Source: Macrostomum lignano (lineage: Eukaryota). Taken from it: a DNA stretch of 64,000 nucleotides. A model generated the notes under the pieces. It did not search any database. It was not told where the DNA came from and saw only the letters and a program-made list of their open reading frames with translations. Positions 39,001 through 50,282 of the stretch are shown here, piece by piece. Position 1 is the stretch's first letter. Each line of letters begins with the position of its first letter. Made by a program: the position numbers and the translations under genes. The stretch spans positions 186,001-250,000 of the forward strand of contig NIVC01000629.1 of NCBI GenBank assembly GCA_002269645.1. The letters run 5' to 3'.

Positions 39001-41389
39001 TGTTAAGAGTTACAAGGATAGTAAAATATTGCTCTCAAACTTGAGTCTAACCAAAGACTGCCCAATAATGAGAAGATTCTTGCTATTGTACATATTGATA
39101 AAAATAAAGCTTCAGATGTCTACCAATTCCCAGCAGCTCGTATATATAGACATTGAAGCCTTTACTATGACTATGTTTTCTGAAAATCCTATTAGCGTTC
39201 AGGCAAGTAACACTTTGGAATGCATTGCGATTTGTTGTATTATACTTCTGTATTATACTAATAATAAATGTATTACATTGTAGCATTCAATCTGAAGCAT
39301 ATAAAATGCATAGAGCCAGTTCTAGAAGTGCTAAAGTTTTTGATAAGACTAGGCCTATGCAAGTGGACTTTGTCACCTTTTTTGGAATAAAATTGGATAA
39401 TTGATAGCCTTGGGATGCACATAAGAAGTTTCTAGAATATGTTACTATTTTTTATAGAAGCTATACTAGTAAACATTATATTATACTTATTATTGTACAT
39501 ATATTGATATAAGCATAGAAATTACTAGAAGCATATTCATATAATATCATAATAGCAACTTTGTTTTATCTATTATGGCTCATTCCAGATAAGATGGACA
39601 TATTTGGAAAATAAAAAAAGTCAATATTTTTGCTTGCCATTGCCTTATCAGCCAATTTTTTGCCAAATGTTTTTTATGTGTAATATATACAATCTAAGAA
39701 TAAATGAATGGTAAAAGGTTGGATTAATATGTTATCAATTAGCAAAAAGTCATTTTTGTAAAAAATTTGGACATTTTTCTAAGCAAAAAATATCATTAAC
39801 TTTGTGTACATTTTAAAAACAAATAGAAAGCTTTGGAAGGTTGAAACAAACTATATATAAAATTATAGTACTTGTAGCATTAGATAAAAACATTAGTGAC
39901 CATATAATAAGGTGTCCAGTGAGCCTATTTTTAGCATGTGCAAAACCAAAAAATGGTAAAAAAGTGGTCTTCTTTAAATGAATGTAACTTTTTAAATATT
40001 TTAAGATATGACAACGTTCTTATATTCATTGAAAAGAAGGCAAACAGATCTTTCAAACGACATATAGTTTACATGTTTAGGACTTACGATTACAAAGATA
40101 CAGACTGTCAAACATCGTGTACATTTTTGTACATTTTTAAAACTGCTGAATTTGCTTGAAAATATGGGATCGGGAGGATTTGTTTTTTAGTAAATGAGTG
40201 CATAACTGCTAAGAATGCTTGCACACTGAGTGTAGGTAACTTCCTAGAGGTCATTTTAAGTGAACTTTTTTTGTTCAAAAATATGTACATGTACATGTAC
40301 ATGTAAAATTTAAAATGGCCATAACTTTTGAATGGAAAAAGCAGCCACCCTAATTCTTTTTGCTACTTACTTTTAATGACAAAATAAAACTTTTAGGCTA
40401 GACAGGATGAGTGTAACTCTTGCCGCAGTATGCTTAATGGAAATCGCCAAAATACATGCAAATCCCTATAAGGGACATAAAAATCGGGAAATTTTATAAG
40501 CTCCAAAGAATGGCCAGTTAGTTTCTTCAATAAAATGAAAGCAAAACAGGCCAAACTCTTTGTCCTAAAGGCACATCCTGATAGCTTTTGCCACACCAAA
40601 GTTATTAAGCATAATTGGCACAGGTGTACATGCAAAATACACTACAGAGATAGGAAAAATGTATATTGAGGGGTTGTACATTCAAAAGAAGTCATATATG
40701 CAATTTTTTTTAAAGAAATGATAGTAGGACTTAGGATATACTTTATCTTTTATGCATTTCTTACTAATCTATCCTTTACTTGCAGATCTTGCAGATGCCA
40801 GACACGCTGCACCTACATGTATACAGTATCTGCTATGAGCGCTTGACAAGCTCATGGTGCAGCTTTCTACACAAAATTAATATTTTGTCTCAATGAATTT
40901 GCTAAAGTGTCTAGCTTTAGATCTAGCTTTGGCTTAAGCCCCCAATTAGGAAGTGTCCTGGACAAATTTAACATTCTTCTTCATGTGAAAAGAATCTATG
41001 CAGAATAACAAATTTCATGATGCATATTTAATAAAATAAAGCAAAAAGCTTAAAATAAAGCAGTTTACTGATAGTTTGTTAGGAATAAACAAATTTAATG
41101 CTTGTTCCTACGATTCATACGACAGAAACTAAAGTGTCTATAGAAGTGTAGAAGTGTAGAAGAGGCTAGTTTTTTTCCTGCTCAGTGGTGAGGTTGTGCA
41201 AGTTGCGAAATCACCAAACAAGGCATTGTTTATTCCAAGCACTCCTGATAGGAAACCGAGACCTAGCATCATCACCACCTTCATCAGACCTAGCATCATC
41301 AGACCTAGCTGATGAATCTGCTGGAGGCGAATCGAGGCAAGGAGAGGTGGAAGCTACCTTACCATGGCCTCAAGTTTACACGCTGACTT

Positions 41390-42610
41390 GAATGGTCAAA
41401 TTGGCTGATGTTCTTAGAGACCTTTGGCTAAACCCTGAAAAGGGTTCAGACTTAATACTGAATTCAACATTTGTCAATCGCTTCCTTCAATGTATTGTAG
41501 ATGACATTTTTGACTGGTACAAGACCAAACGAGATCCATATCTGTCCAGGGTGCAGCTTCGCGACGTCTGCTGTGCCATAGTTTCTACCTATCCTGGTCT
41601 TTAAGACAATTCGCCCAAAGGTTTTTTTGCTTTTGGAAGGCCAAGATAATCCGTCGCATGAAGGATGTTTGTAGTAGGAAACTGGACAGCGAATTTTTAA
41701 GCCCAATCGTTGCACAGATGCGCGACAAGCATGGTAGACCTAGAAAGCGAAAGGCTACTGTTGCTACTACGTCTGATCCTGCTGGGGACTACAACGATTC
41801 CGCAAGTGATGCTGACAGCACTGCTAACAAATCAGGTGATGACGATGAGCAGCCAGTTAGGAAGCATCAATGAGAGAAAGACAACTCTGAAAGTGGAGTG
41901 TCAAAAAGTGTTGAGTTTGAAGGTGATGGTACGGCTCCGCCCAGTAACAAACATCAATGACTGACACTGAATGCAGAATACAAAAGCAAGGACGTCGCTG
42001 AAGTGCTCGAAGAAATGTGTGCACTGTTTCCAGTGCGTATTCTTTGGTTCCAGACAATGACTGTCGCCAAGCAAGTCCAGCTATACAGGCCGCTTACCTT
42101 GCTGCCTGTAATTCTGCAGGAGACTCATCTAATGATTGAAACGTACAACAAAAGCAAGACCGGTTATATTCCGTCATCAGGGCCCGCGGAAATTTGAAAG
42201 AATATAACTGAAGCCTTGATGAAAGTTTATGCTAAGCAAGCCTGCTTAAAAAATTTCAAACTCTGCAAAAAGTTCGTGCTTTGCGTAGAGTCTGATGACG
42301 AGAAGCTCTGCTCCGCTGTCTGCCTGTTGTTGGGTTGGTTGAAAATCAACCCAGAAAAGATTTTTGATTCCGATCTGCCGATACGCATTATTAAGGATGA
42401 TGACAAGTGGTGCAGAGTTGTCGTGAATGAAGCCAAGCTGCATTTTGATAACGCATCGGACACAGTCATGTGCTTCATTATCTTGTATGTCACTTTCAAT
42501 TTGCAATATCTCCACATTCTGGAACCATTTCTGGAAGTCGCTGAGGTGTTGGCAAAGCTGCGTAGCCAACAAGCGGTGATGTCAAATGCAGCAAAGACAA
42601 TAATACTCTT
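41390..42610 (+). pseudogene. Decayed transposon accessory-protein gene (SAMD3-like/CACTA-associated type)
   Basis: Chain of plus-strand ORFs broken by stops and frameshifts, ending ...MCFIILYVTFNLQYLHILEPFLEV, which resembles the F-x-x-Y-Y-x-FNL-x-YP...FLE motif of CMC/EnSpm accessory proteins. Family assignment is from recall, not a search. Confidence 0.5.
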
Positions 42611-42826
42611 TTCCATTAGTCTGGTCCCAAGTAGCTATAGTAATTATTTCAGTTTATTTAGTTTTTTGACTATTATGTGAAATACTTTGTGTACATAGAA
42701 ACTTGGTTTTCAAAACTTTTTCTTATTTGGGGTTGAATTCATCAATTCCAATTCAACTCTTCCATTGTATCAATTATCCTGTGTCAAATATTTATATTAA
42801 AATTGGTTGGTTGGTTTGGAAACTTA

Positions 42827-43248
42827 CAGTGCTTCCATCGTGGCCCGAATTCGGGCGAAGCCCAAAATTAGCTGGAGGTGGCCCGAAAGCTAATTTCTAA
42901 GGCATGGCCCAAATTTTGTGAACTTGAAAATTTGGGCCAAAAATATAAACAAGTTTTTTTAAATTGCCCTTAGAATCACCCTTCCACCCCTAAGCTGCTC
43001 TTAGAATTGCCCCTAAACCAACCTTAGAATCGCCTCTAAAGTACAACATACAAGCTAGTATCAAATGTTGAAAGTACTTTGCCATGGACTTGACAACATA
43101 AGCTTGAAATTTCATTTGACAAAATATACTTGTCTTGATTTTGCTTAGTCAAGTAACATGGCCCAAAAAAATTCCATTACCCGAAAAAAATTCTGAAGCT
43201 GAAAAAGTTTAGTACCATTGATTGACTAGGACCACTCTGGAACCACTG
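42827..43248. mobile_element. hAT-like MITE relic
   Basis: Termini CAGTGCTTCCATCGTGGCCC and (reverse complement) CAGTGGTTCCAGAGTGGTCC match 16/20; GGCCC subterminal repeats; no TSD found. Confidence 0.45.
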
Positions 43249-44019
43249 TGATGCTCCTCTGATTTCTAGTCCAATAAATTAATTTGGTTCTGGCGCCTAC
43301 AGCAAGTGTTCAATCTAAACATTGAAATATTTAATCATAAAAAAAATTATAAATGCTTGCTGCAGTTGCACAGTCTGTTTTTGCTTGTTAAGTCATGCAA
43401 GGCTTTTTCTCTCTACTCTATGTATATGTTAGCACCCTGTCACTTCATCTGATTCATGTTTATAGTGTTATTTATTTATTTACTTGTTTGGTGTAGAATT
43501 TTTGTGTTGATAATGTGTAGAATTGAGTGAAGCTTCTGGGTTTGAAGGCCGGGTTGCGAAGGTTCTGATTCAGGGGTTGTGAAAGTTCTGGTTCGAGGGT
43601 TGTAAAGGTTTTAGATCGGGGCTGTGAAGGTTCTGGCCTGGGTTGTGAAGTAATGAAAGAAGAAATGTGAAGAAATGTTTTGCTAATTAGCAAAACTTCT
43701 GCTAATTTATTTACTCTTTCAATATATCTTCTATTATCTGCTATTCAATTATACAGTGTCAAATATTTATATTTTATTCGATAATACATGACTTTAATAT
43801 CATTAACTTGTGCAAGGTACAACTGCACACAGGTAGTTTCGATATCAAGTAAAAAAACAGCTGCAGTAAATATTTCATCTGACATTTCTCACTTTCAGTT
43901 ATTTGTTTAGCAAATGAATGCATTTATAGTGCTGGTGCAATTAGGACACAGTCGAAACAATTGTTGCATAAGCTGCAGTGGGCCAGCCTAAGTTTCTAAA
44001 ATAACATTTTAAGAATAAT

Positions 44020-44170
44020 AATTTGGACCTAAAATTAGACGTCTTTGGACCTTAAAATGGACCTTTCTTTTTGGACCTTTTTGTCAAAAAGGTCCAAATT
44101 CATTGACGCTTTAGACCTTATATTTTGGACCTTGTGTGGACCTTATTTTGGACCTTTTTGCACCACAGTG
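44020..44170. mobile_element. Probable right end of a CACTA/CACTG-type element
   Basis: About 8 GGACCT subterminal motifs ending in ...GCACCACAGTG (CACTG terminus on the minus strand); matching left end not found. Confidence 0.4.
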
Positions 44171-46138
44171 TAGGCACCTTAATACTGGAAAGAAAGACAC
44201 GCACTTGCATTTTATTGACTGCCTGCCAGCTGATGCAGCTGACACCCTTGACACTGCCGATGATGCGACCTATACATTTGTGTCAAAGCCCTGAAACCCA
44301 CCCTGTAACATTGTCTCAATCATGCCTGACTGGCTTGACTGTAGTAGCTACAGTTGTAGTAATGTAGTAGACTCATAGTACAATGAGAAGACCAGCACAG
44401 CAGACGAAATGCTCATTCAGATATTTGCTAACGAGCTGACTGCAGATGAATTGGTAGCAGACAAATTGACTGGATTATAACGGAAAGCTATTGTGCTGAA
44501 AAGTGGATGTGTACAGTGAACAAGTAAATGAATCAAATAATGCAGGTAAACTGTAAAGGTAGATTCAATTGCTGAATTCGGGCATGGCCTTTTCAAACAT
44601 GAAAGTACATGATTTAGTAACATATTACTTAGTAAAGCATTGATTCATTACAATTGTCAGATGGACTACAAAAAAGTTTTTAATGACTTCAGCATAAAGA
44701 TAGAAGATAAAGATTGTCAGGAGCTACATCGATTTTTAGACAACCAGAGTGGTACTTTAGAAGACCCATTTTCATGGAAATAATGGTCAACTTTTTGCAT
44801 ACTACTTACAGTAGAAAGTCAAAAATCTTACTAATTATAGTATACAAGTATTACTTTAACATGAAAGGAATACAAATTAAGGTTAATAGAAAGAATACCA
44901 TGATAAAGCCAAAAAGTGGTACTCTAGAAAAAAAATTTCTTTTCCTTTTCTGTCTTAATCCCCAGATATCTGCTTCTATAGAACAGTATATATGTACAAA
45001 AATATTAGAAAATGTTATGGTAACTAAAATCTACAAAATAACACCTAAAACACTAAAATCAATTATGAAATAAAAAAGTTACAGACATTTTACTGCAAAA
45101 GACATGCTTTTTGCTCAAAAATGGCATAGTTTTTCATGTATTTGAGATAGAAAAAAACACCATTTTTTGAAACGAAAAACTTCATGACTTTTTTATTACT
45201 TGATCCATTTTCAAAAGTCTAGTGTCATTTCACTCATAACATCCAGGGCTACAACATGGCATAGTTAAAAATTTAAGTTTAAAAAAAATTTCTCACTGGA
45301 CCCCCTACATATAATCTATTATATTTTTAGTATATTGGTACCTCAAAGTTATTGAATTGACAGAAAAAATATGTTACACCATAATTTTATGACCATAAGG
45401 CTGCTTTTTATTTTGTATCTTTGTTGCCTTTTTGAGTTTATATATTCTAATAAAAGAGTATGATTTCTGAAGATGTTCTTAGTCAATTTTTTTAAAGGTA
45501 TTGCAAAATATCAAAAATAAAAATGTTATAAGACTTTTAACTTTTAGTTTTTATATGTCAAAAATCCTGTTGTTACAACCATAAGTGCTATTCAAGGTTT
45601 AATAGCATCTATACTAATGATGATATCTATATAAAACTATATAAACATATTCTTGACAAAATAATTTTTTATTCAAAATATTGGTTTAGTATAGGCCTAT
45701 TCTGTGATTAGATATCATTTTATAAGTAAAAATAGTCTGTCATGTTATGACTATAATTATATGGAATTGCCATTATGGTTCAAGAGTTATAAATGCTTAA
45801 AGTTTTAAAAATAGGCATATGATAGGACTTTTTGTCCTTTCATGGAATTACCCAATAAAGCTTGTAATAGTATAACATTAAATTATCTAATAGTTGATTG
45901 AAATGAAATAGAATTTAATAGAATAGGCCTAGGCCTAGCCATATAGTACATTAGTAATTTAGGACTTAGGACTAGATCAAAGGCTCAAGTAAAATTAGAG
46001 CAATGTGGGAAAGGGCAAGTTAAACTATATTGTTAAAGATAAAGATTTTCTTAATTTTGAACTTTTTTATTAATGCTAGGCCTACCTAAAATTTTGGATT
46101 TCAACTTACCCTGGGGCATAGACCTAGCCAAGAATTTC

Positions 46139-46573
46139 GGCAATCATTTGGTTTCGCACATTTAATTCGTTTAATTCGTTTTTAAAACGACAGTTAATGA
46201 CAGTTTTGTTTTATGTTTTATGCCTCAGACGGCATAATAGTGCGCCACCCAGAAAAGGATGTTCCCAAAGGTGTTGCGCGGGTGGCAGCGATGCCAGAGA
46301 AATTCGTCCAAGTGGGAGTCAAACAGGGCTTTGGACATGCCATGCATGGCCCTGAAATGGGCCTTAGCGTGGGCCCATGTGCCCTCCACTGCGTTCGTAC
46401 AGACTTCTGGGTGGTTAGGGTCCACAAAGTTGTGCAGCCGGTGGTTCACCATCAAATGATTGGGCAGTTGATTGTATGCCTGCCACTGATCGGTGATAAT
46501 GCAAATACCTGCTTTGCTGAAAATAATTAAAAATGCTTTATAATAATTAAATGTGCGAAACTAAAAGATTGCC
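46139..46573 (-). mobile_element. Non-autonomous Merlin element retaining the transposase C-terminus
   Basis: About 28-bp TIR GGCAATC(A/T)TTT(G/A)GTTTCGCACATTTAATT and 8-bp TSD AGAATTTC (46131-46138, 46574-46581). Minus-strand IITDQWQAYNQLPNHLMVNH...FVDP...TNAVEGTW...HLDEFLW contains the ISXO2 second Asp and the Glu motifs. Confidence 0.9.
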
Positions 46574-49500
46574 AGAATTTCTTACAGGGAAATACACCAA
46601 GGTGAATTTTCTATGGGGGGAGATACACTAAGGTAAAAGTGCTATGACAGAGTTACATGGTAGCATGTATAGCAATAAAGGGCAACAAAAAAGTTTTGGT
46701 TAGGCTCTTCATTCAGGGGGGATATATCATATCCCTTTTACCCCCCTCCCTTCCTTGGGCTTCCTATGCGGTATGCCCCTGAACTTGGCATTGTGGTTTT
46801 AGACCCAGATCCAAGGTGCTAAATCACATATTGGCACACCAATTCTGATGGAAAAAACTTTACTTTCATTTATATCATAAATTCATAGGCCACATTCACA
46901 ATTCATAATTAGTTGTCAACATTTTGTCTTCAAGTTTAAATGCTTTAAAAACAATCATATTTTTATTTGTATCATATTAGAACTTCTCTAGATTTTTTCA
47001 AAGTGACTAGGCTAACATACTTAAACATATGTGATATATATACAATAGGCCTTTTTGTTACACTTAAAATGTACATATCTTTATTGTTTGTTACCAATTT
47101 ATATAAATATTATAATATATTTAATACAACTACAAAGTACAAGGCCTATAGATATTTTATAGAGTCTAGAAATGGGGCTACGCATTTGACTTGCCATTTC
47201 TCTCTTACTGTCTTATCTAAATAATTAGCCAATAAAGTTATATTTTACATAAGTTGCTTGCATCTTTGAACTTAAGCCTGAGACTGAAGACATAGCAGAC
47301 CTGCCCGATTGCCGATTCCAATTTTTTGCAAAACGGAAAATAAACTAAAAAAACTATAAAATTAAGTAACTATGACAGTCTTCAATAACTAAAAACTAAC
47401 ATGAACTTTTCTGCAATTCGTTTTGTTTCTGCAATTTGTTGCAGTTCATACATGCAGCTAAATATAATTGTTGTTATTTGTTTTATTACGTCTATTTTTT
47501 CTCCTTTTGTAGAATAGCTTTGTACATACGGGTACATTTTCTAATTAATTTTGGGCTTAGTTAAAAATAAATTTGGTCAGATGTAATTTATTTAAACAGT
47601 AGAAGCGGGTATCTGTGTACCATTGCATCAAAGAGGATTCCAGCCCTACGGGCACAGTAAAGATCCTGCAGAGCTGGGGCTAATTCTTTCCTAATACGTA
47701 TGTAGATATAACGTTGCAGCAGCTTTCTCGGCCTCTTGTTAAGCAAGGAGGCGCAAATTCGACAGAAGCGCAGCCCCTGAAACCTACATGTAGAAAAGCA
47801 TACTGTAGTTTGTAGTGCACTGTACAAGTGAATTTAAAAACACTTACTATCTTTTTCTCACTCCTATTCCTAAACCCCCGCCCAAAAAAATCCTGACTGC
47901 GCCACGGACGTACAGTACGAGTTTAGTATAAAACTATAGCGTTATGGACAAGCATACAAATATTAGAGATTTAGTATATTTAGATTTAGTGACTGAAAGC
48001 ACATTAACAGCTCGCAAATTAGTACATGCCCATTTATATTCGCAATGTACTTAATCAAAACGAAGCCTGAACCCTACATGTACACATTTTTACAATTCCG
48101 ATAATTCAATCCTGGGATAGTGGTTGGAAATGCGTATTTTAACGAATTAAAACGAACCATTAGAGTAAAGTTGGATATCGAGATTCTAAGCAGAACATAT
48201 ACGATTAGTAATTTGATATTGGCTACTAACGTAATAATTCCAAGAAAGTGCAATCCCCTTTCGTAATCCACCAAGCAAAATAAATCCACTGTACAGCAGT
48301 CATAACTTCTACACACAATTCTGACGTAATGTCTCTCGTTATATGCGCAAAACACATGCTAAATCGGATACATACAGGTATAAGCCAGCCCGACTGAACA
48401 TTATACAGCTATAGCTATAAATCTACCGATATTCAATTTTACAGTTAAGCTAAGCTTTAAGGAAGGAAGGAACAGGAAGGAGAGATCTGAGAAAGAACGA
48501 AAGACTAAAAGATCTAACGATTTTTTATTTTAATGATGAGCTTAATAATATTTTTGATAGTACTCGTAATAAAGCCCCAAACAATTAGTGTCAACAATAC
48601 AATATGTTCTAGAATACACGCCAAAACTACGAGCTACACACAGCCAAGGAATGGCAGTAAACCAGGCAGTAATTGGATACATGTATGCAGAGCGAACAGG
48701 GGAATTGTTTGCAGGAAGTCGAATTTTATATAGATCTATCATTTGTGTTAAGCAAAAGAATCATGCATGTGCGCCACAGTGGCCGCAATTAATAATAGCG
48801 TGCGAAGAAGCGCAAATAACTATAATTTTATAATTAAGTAGTGTGAGAAGGCAATTAGCATTGATTTAGCAGAAAACTTGCTAACTGTAGGAAAATCAAG
48901 AATAAATGAAAACAAAAGGATTGTTTTAATATGAACAAAAATTAAATATTAGGCGTCGCAAGCCAGCACGGAAAACTGCACTCTGCAGTGCCCGATTTTC
49001 TGGAATAGCTAAAAAGACAAATATTACCAATAACAGTTAAGTTAGAAATCAAAAGCTTTTTGCATAATAACATATTAAAAATTATCGTACAAAACGTCAT
49101 CCAACTCGCTCAAGTTGCTCTGAAATAATTTATCGCCTAGATTAAATAGATTTGATTTAACAAAACGCAACTAAAAACAACAGAAAAGCATCGGGCAGAG
49201 CAAAATATAATTAGAATCTGGAAGGTGGGCTTTGGCCGCGAGACAATTTATTAACAAATTTGAAATTAGAAATCTATTATCACGGTGTGGGCTAGGCTCT
49301 GATACTTGTGTCGTGACGATATCAACTATAAAAAGCAAATATTCTACTAGCAGTAGAGTATACAGTATACTGCTAATGCTACAAACATTTGCCTTGTTTT
49401 TTATTATTTTCAGTATTTTTCTGATTTTTTACTATAAGTAGAGTATTTAACATACGCTCATTATAATAAAATGTGCCACATTCTGTAGTTTTCAATGTAT

Positions 49501-49877
49501 GGTTTAAGGACAATGCTAGATATAATTATATTAGCTGTCAGTTTAATTCATCAATCATGAAGTATTTTATATGGATGTTATTTTCTTGGACTAGCCTAGT
49601 GACCATTGAATAAAGCAAGAAAAATTTCCTGGCTTACACAATCGTAGATCATCGGTCTTGTTTTACTGTGCTTACGAACATATGCTTAAGCAATTTTCTG
49701 CTTCAATACCTGGAGCCTGTCCAACTGTGACTACTTGCGAGTAGCCAACCCTAGCACATCATCAATAAAACGTACACTTAGTTTAACTTTAATTTCCATA
49801 ATAAAATGAAATACGAAGACTAAACTAGCAATTAGACAGCAACCCATCTACACAGTTCGTATTAACACATTAACCGG

Positions 49878-50282
49878 CTACTTTCCGCCGCGACGACCCG
49901 GCGGTTTCGGCTTGCCAAACTTCTGGCCGGAGTCCACCTGCGGCGGGTGGAATTCCGTTTGCAAAGCGGACTCGGATAGCTCACTGGCGCTGTCCACCTC
50001 TAGCCGGCGATCTGGCTCGATGCCAAACTGCGAGCATTGCTGTAGAAAGAACGCCCTGCCGCTAGAGTACACCATGCGCTCCTTAATCGGGCACTTGTAG
50101 CCGGGCATTGAGTAGGCGAACAGCACCGGGGCCAGGCTCGCGCCCTCGTGCCGGTGCCGATAGCGGAACAGGTGATAGCGGGGGCTGTCCTCGGGCACCC
50201 GGCTGCCAAGCTGGTCGCCAGCCAGCCGCTCCGCCCGGTCCGGACAGCGCAGCTCCTCCACTGGGCGCAGGGAGATGCTCAC
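49878..50282 (-). CDS. TWF1: Twinfilin exon 3 (ADF-H2 and C-terminal tail)
   Basis: ACCGCAG acceptor, TAG stop at 49878. Confidence 0.93.
   Translation of the reverse strand: MSISLRPVEELRCPDRAERLAGDQLGSRVPEDSPRYHLFRYRHRHEGASLAPVLFAYSMPGYKCPIKERMVYSSGRAFFLQQCSQFGIEPDRRLEVDSASELSESALQTEFHPPQVDSGQKFGKPKPPGRRGGK

Noticed and set aside
48450-48510. K/E/R-rich stretch as the myosin-18 KE domain
   Set aside because: It reads K/E-rich only on the plus strand, opposite to the gene.
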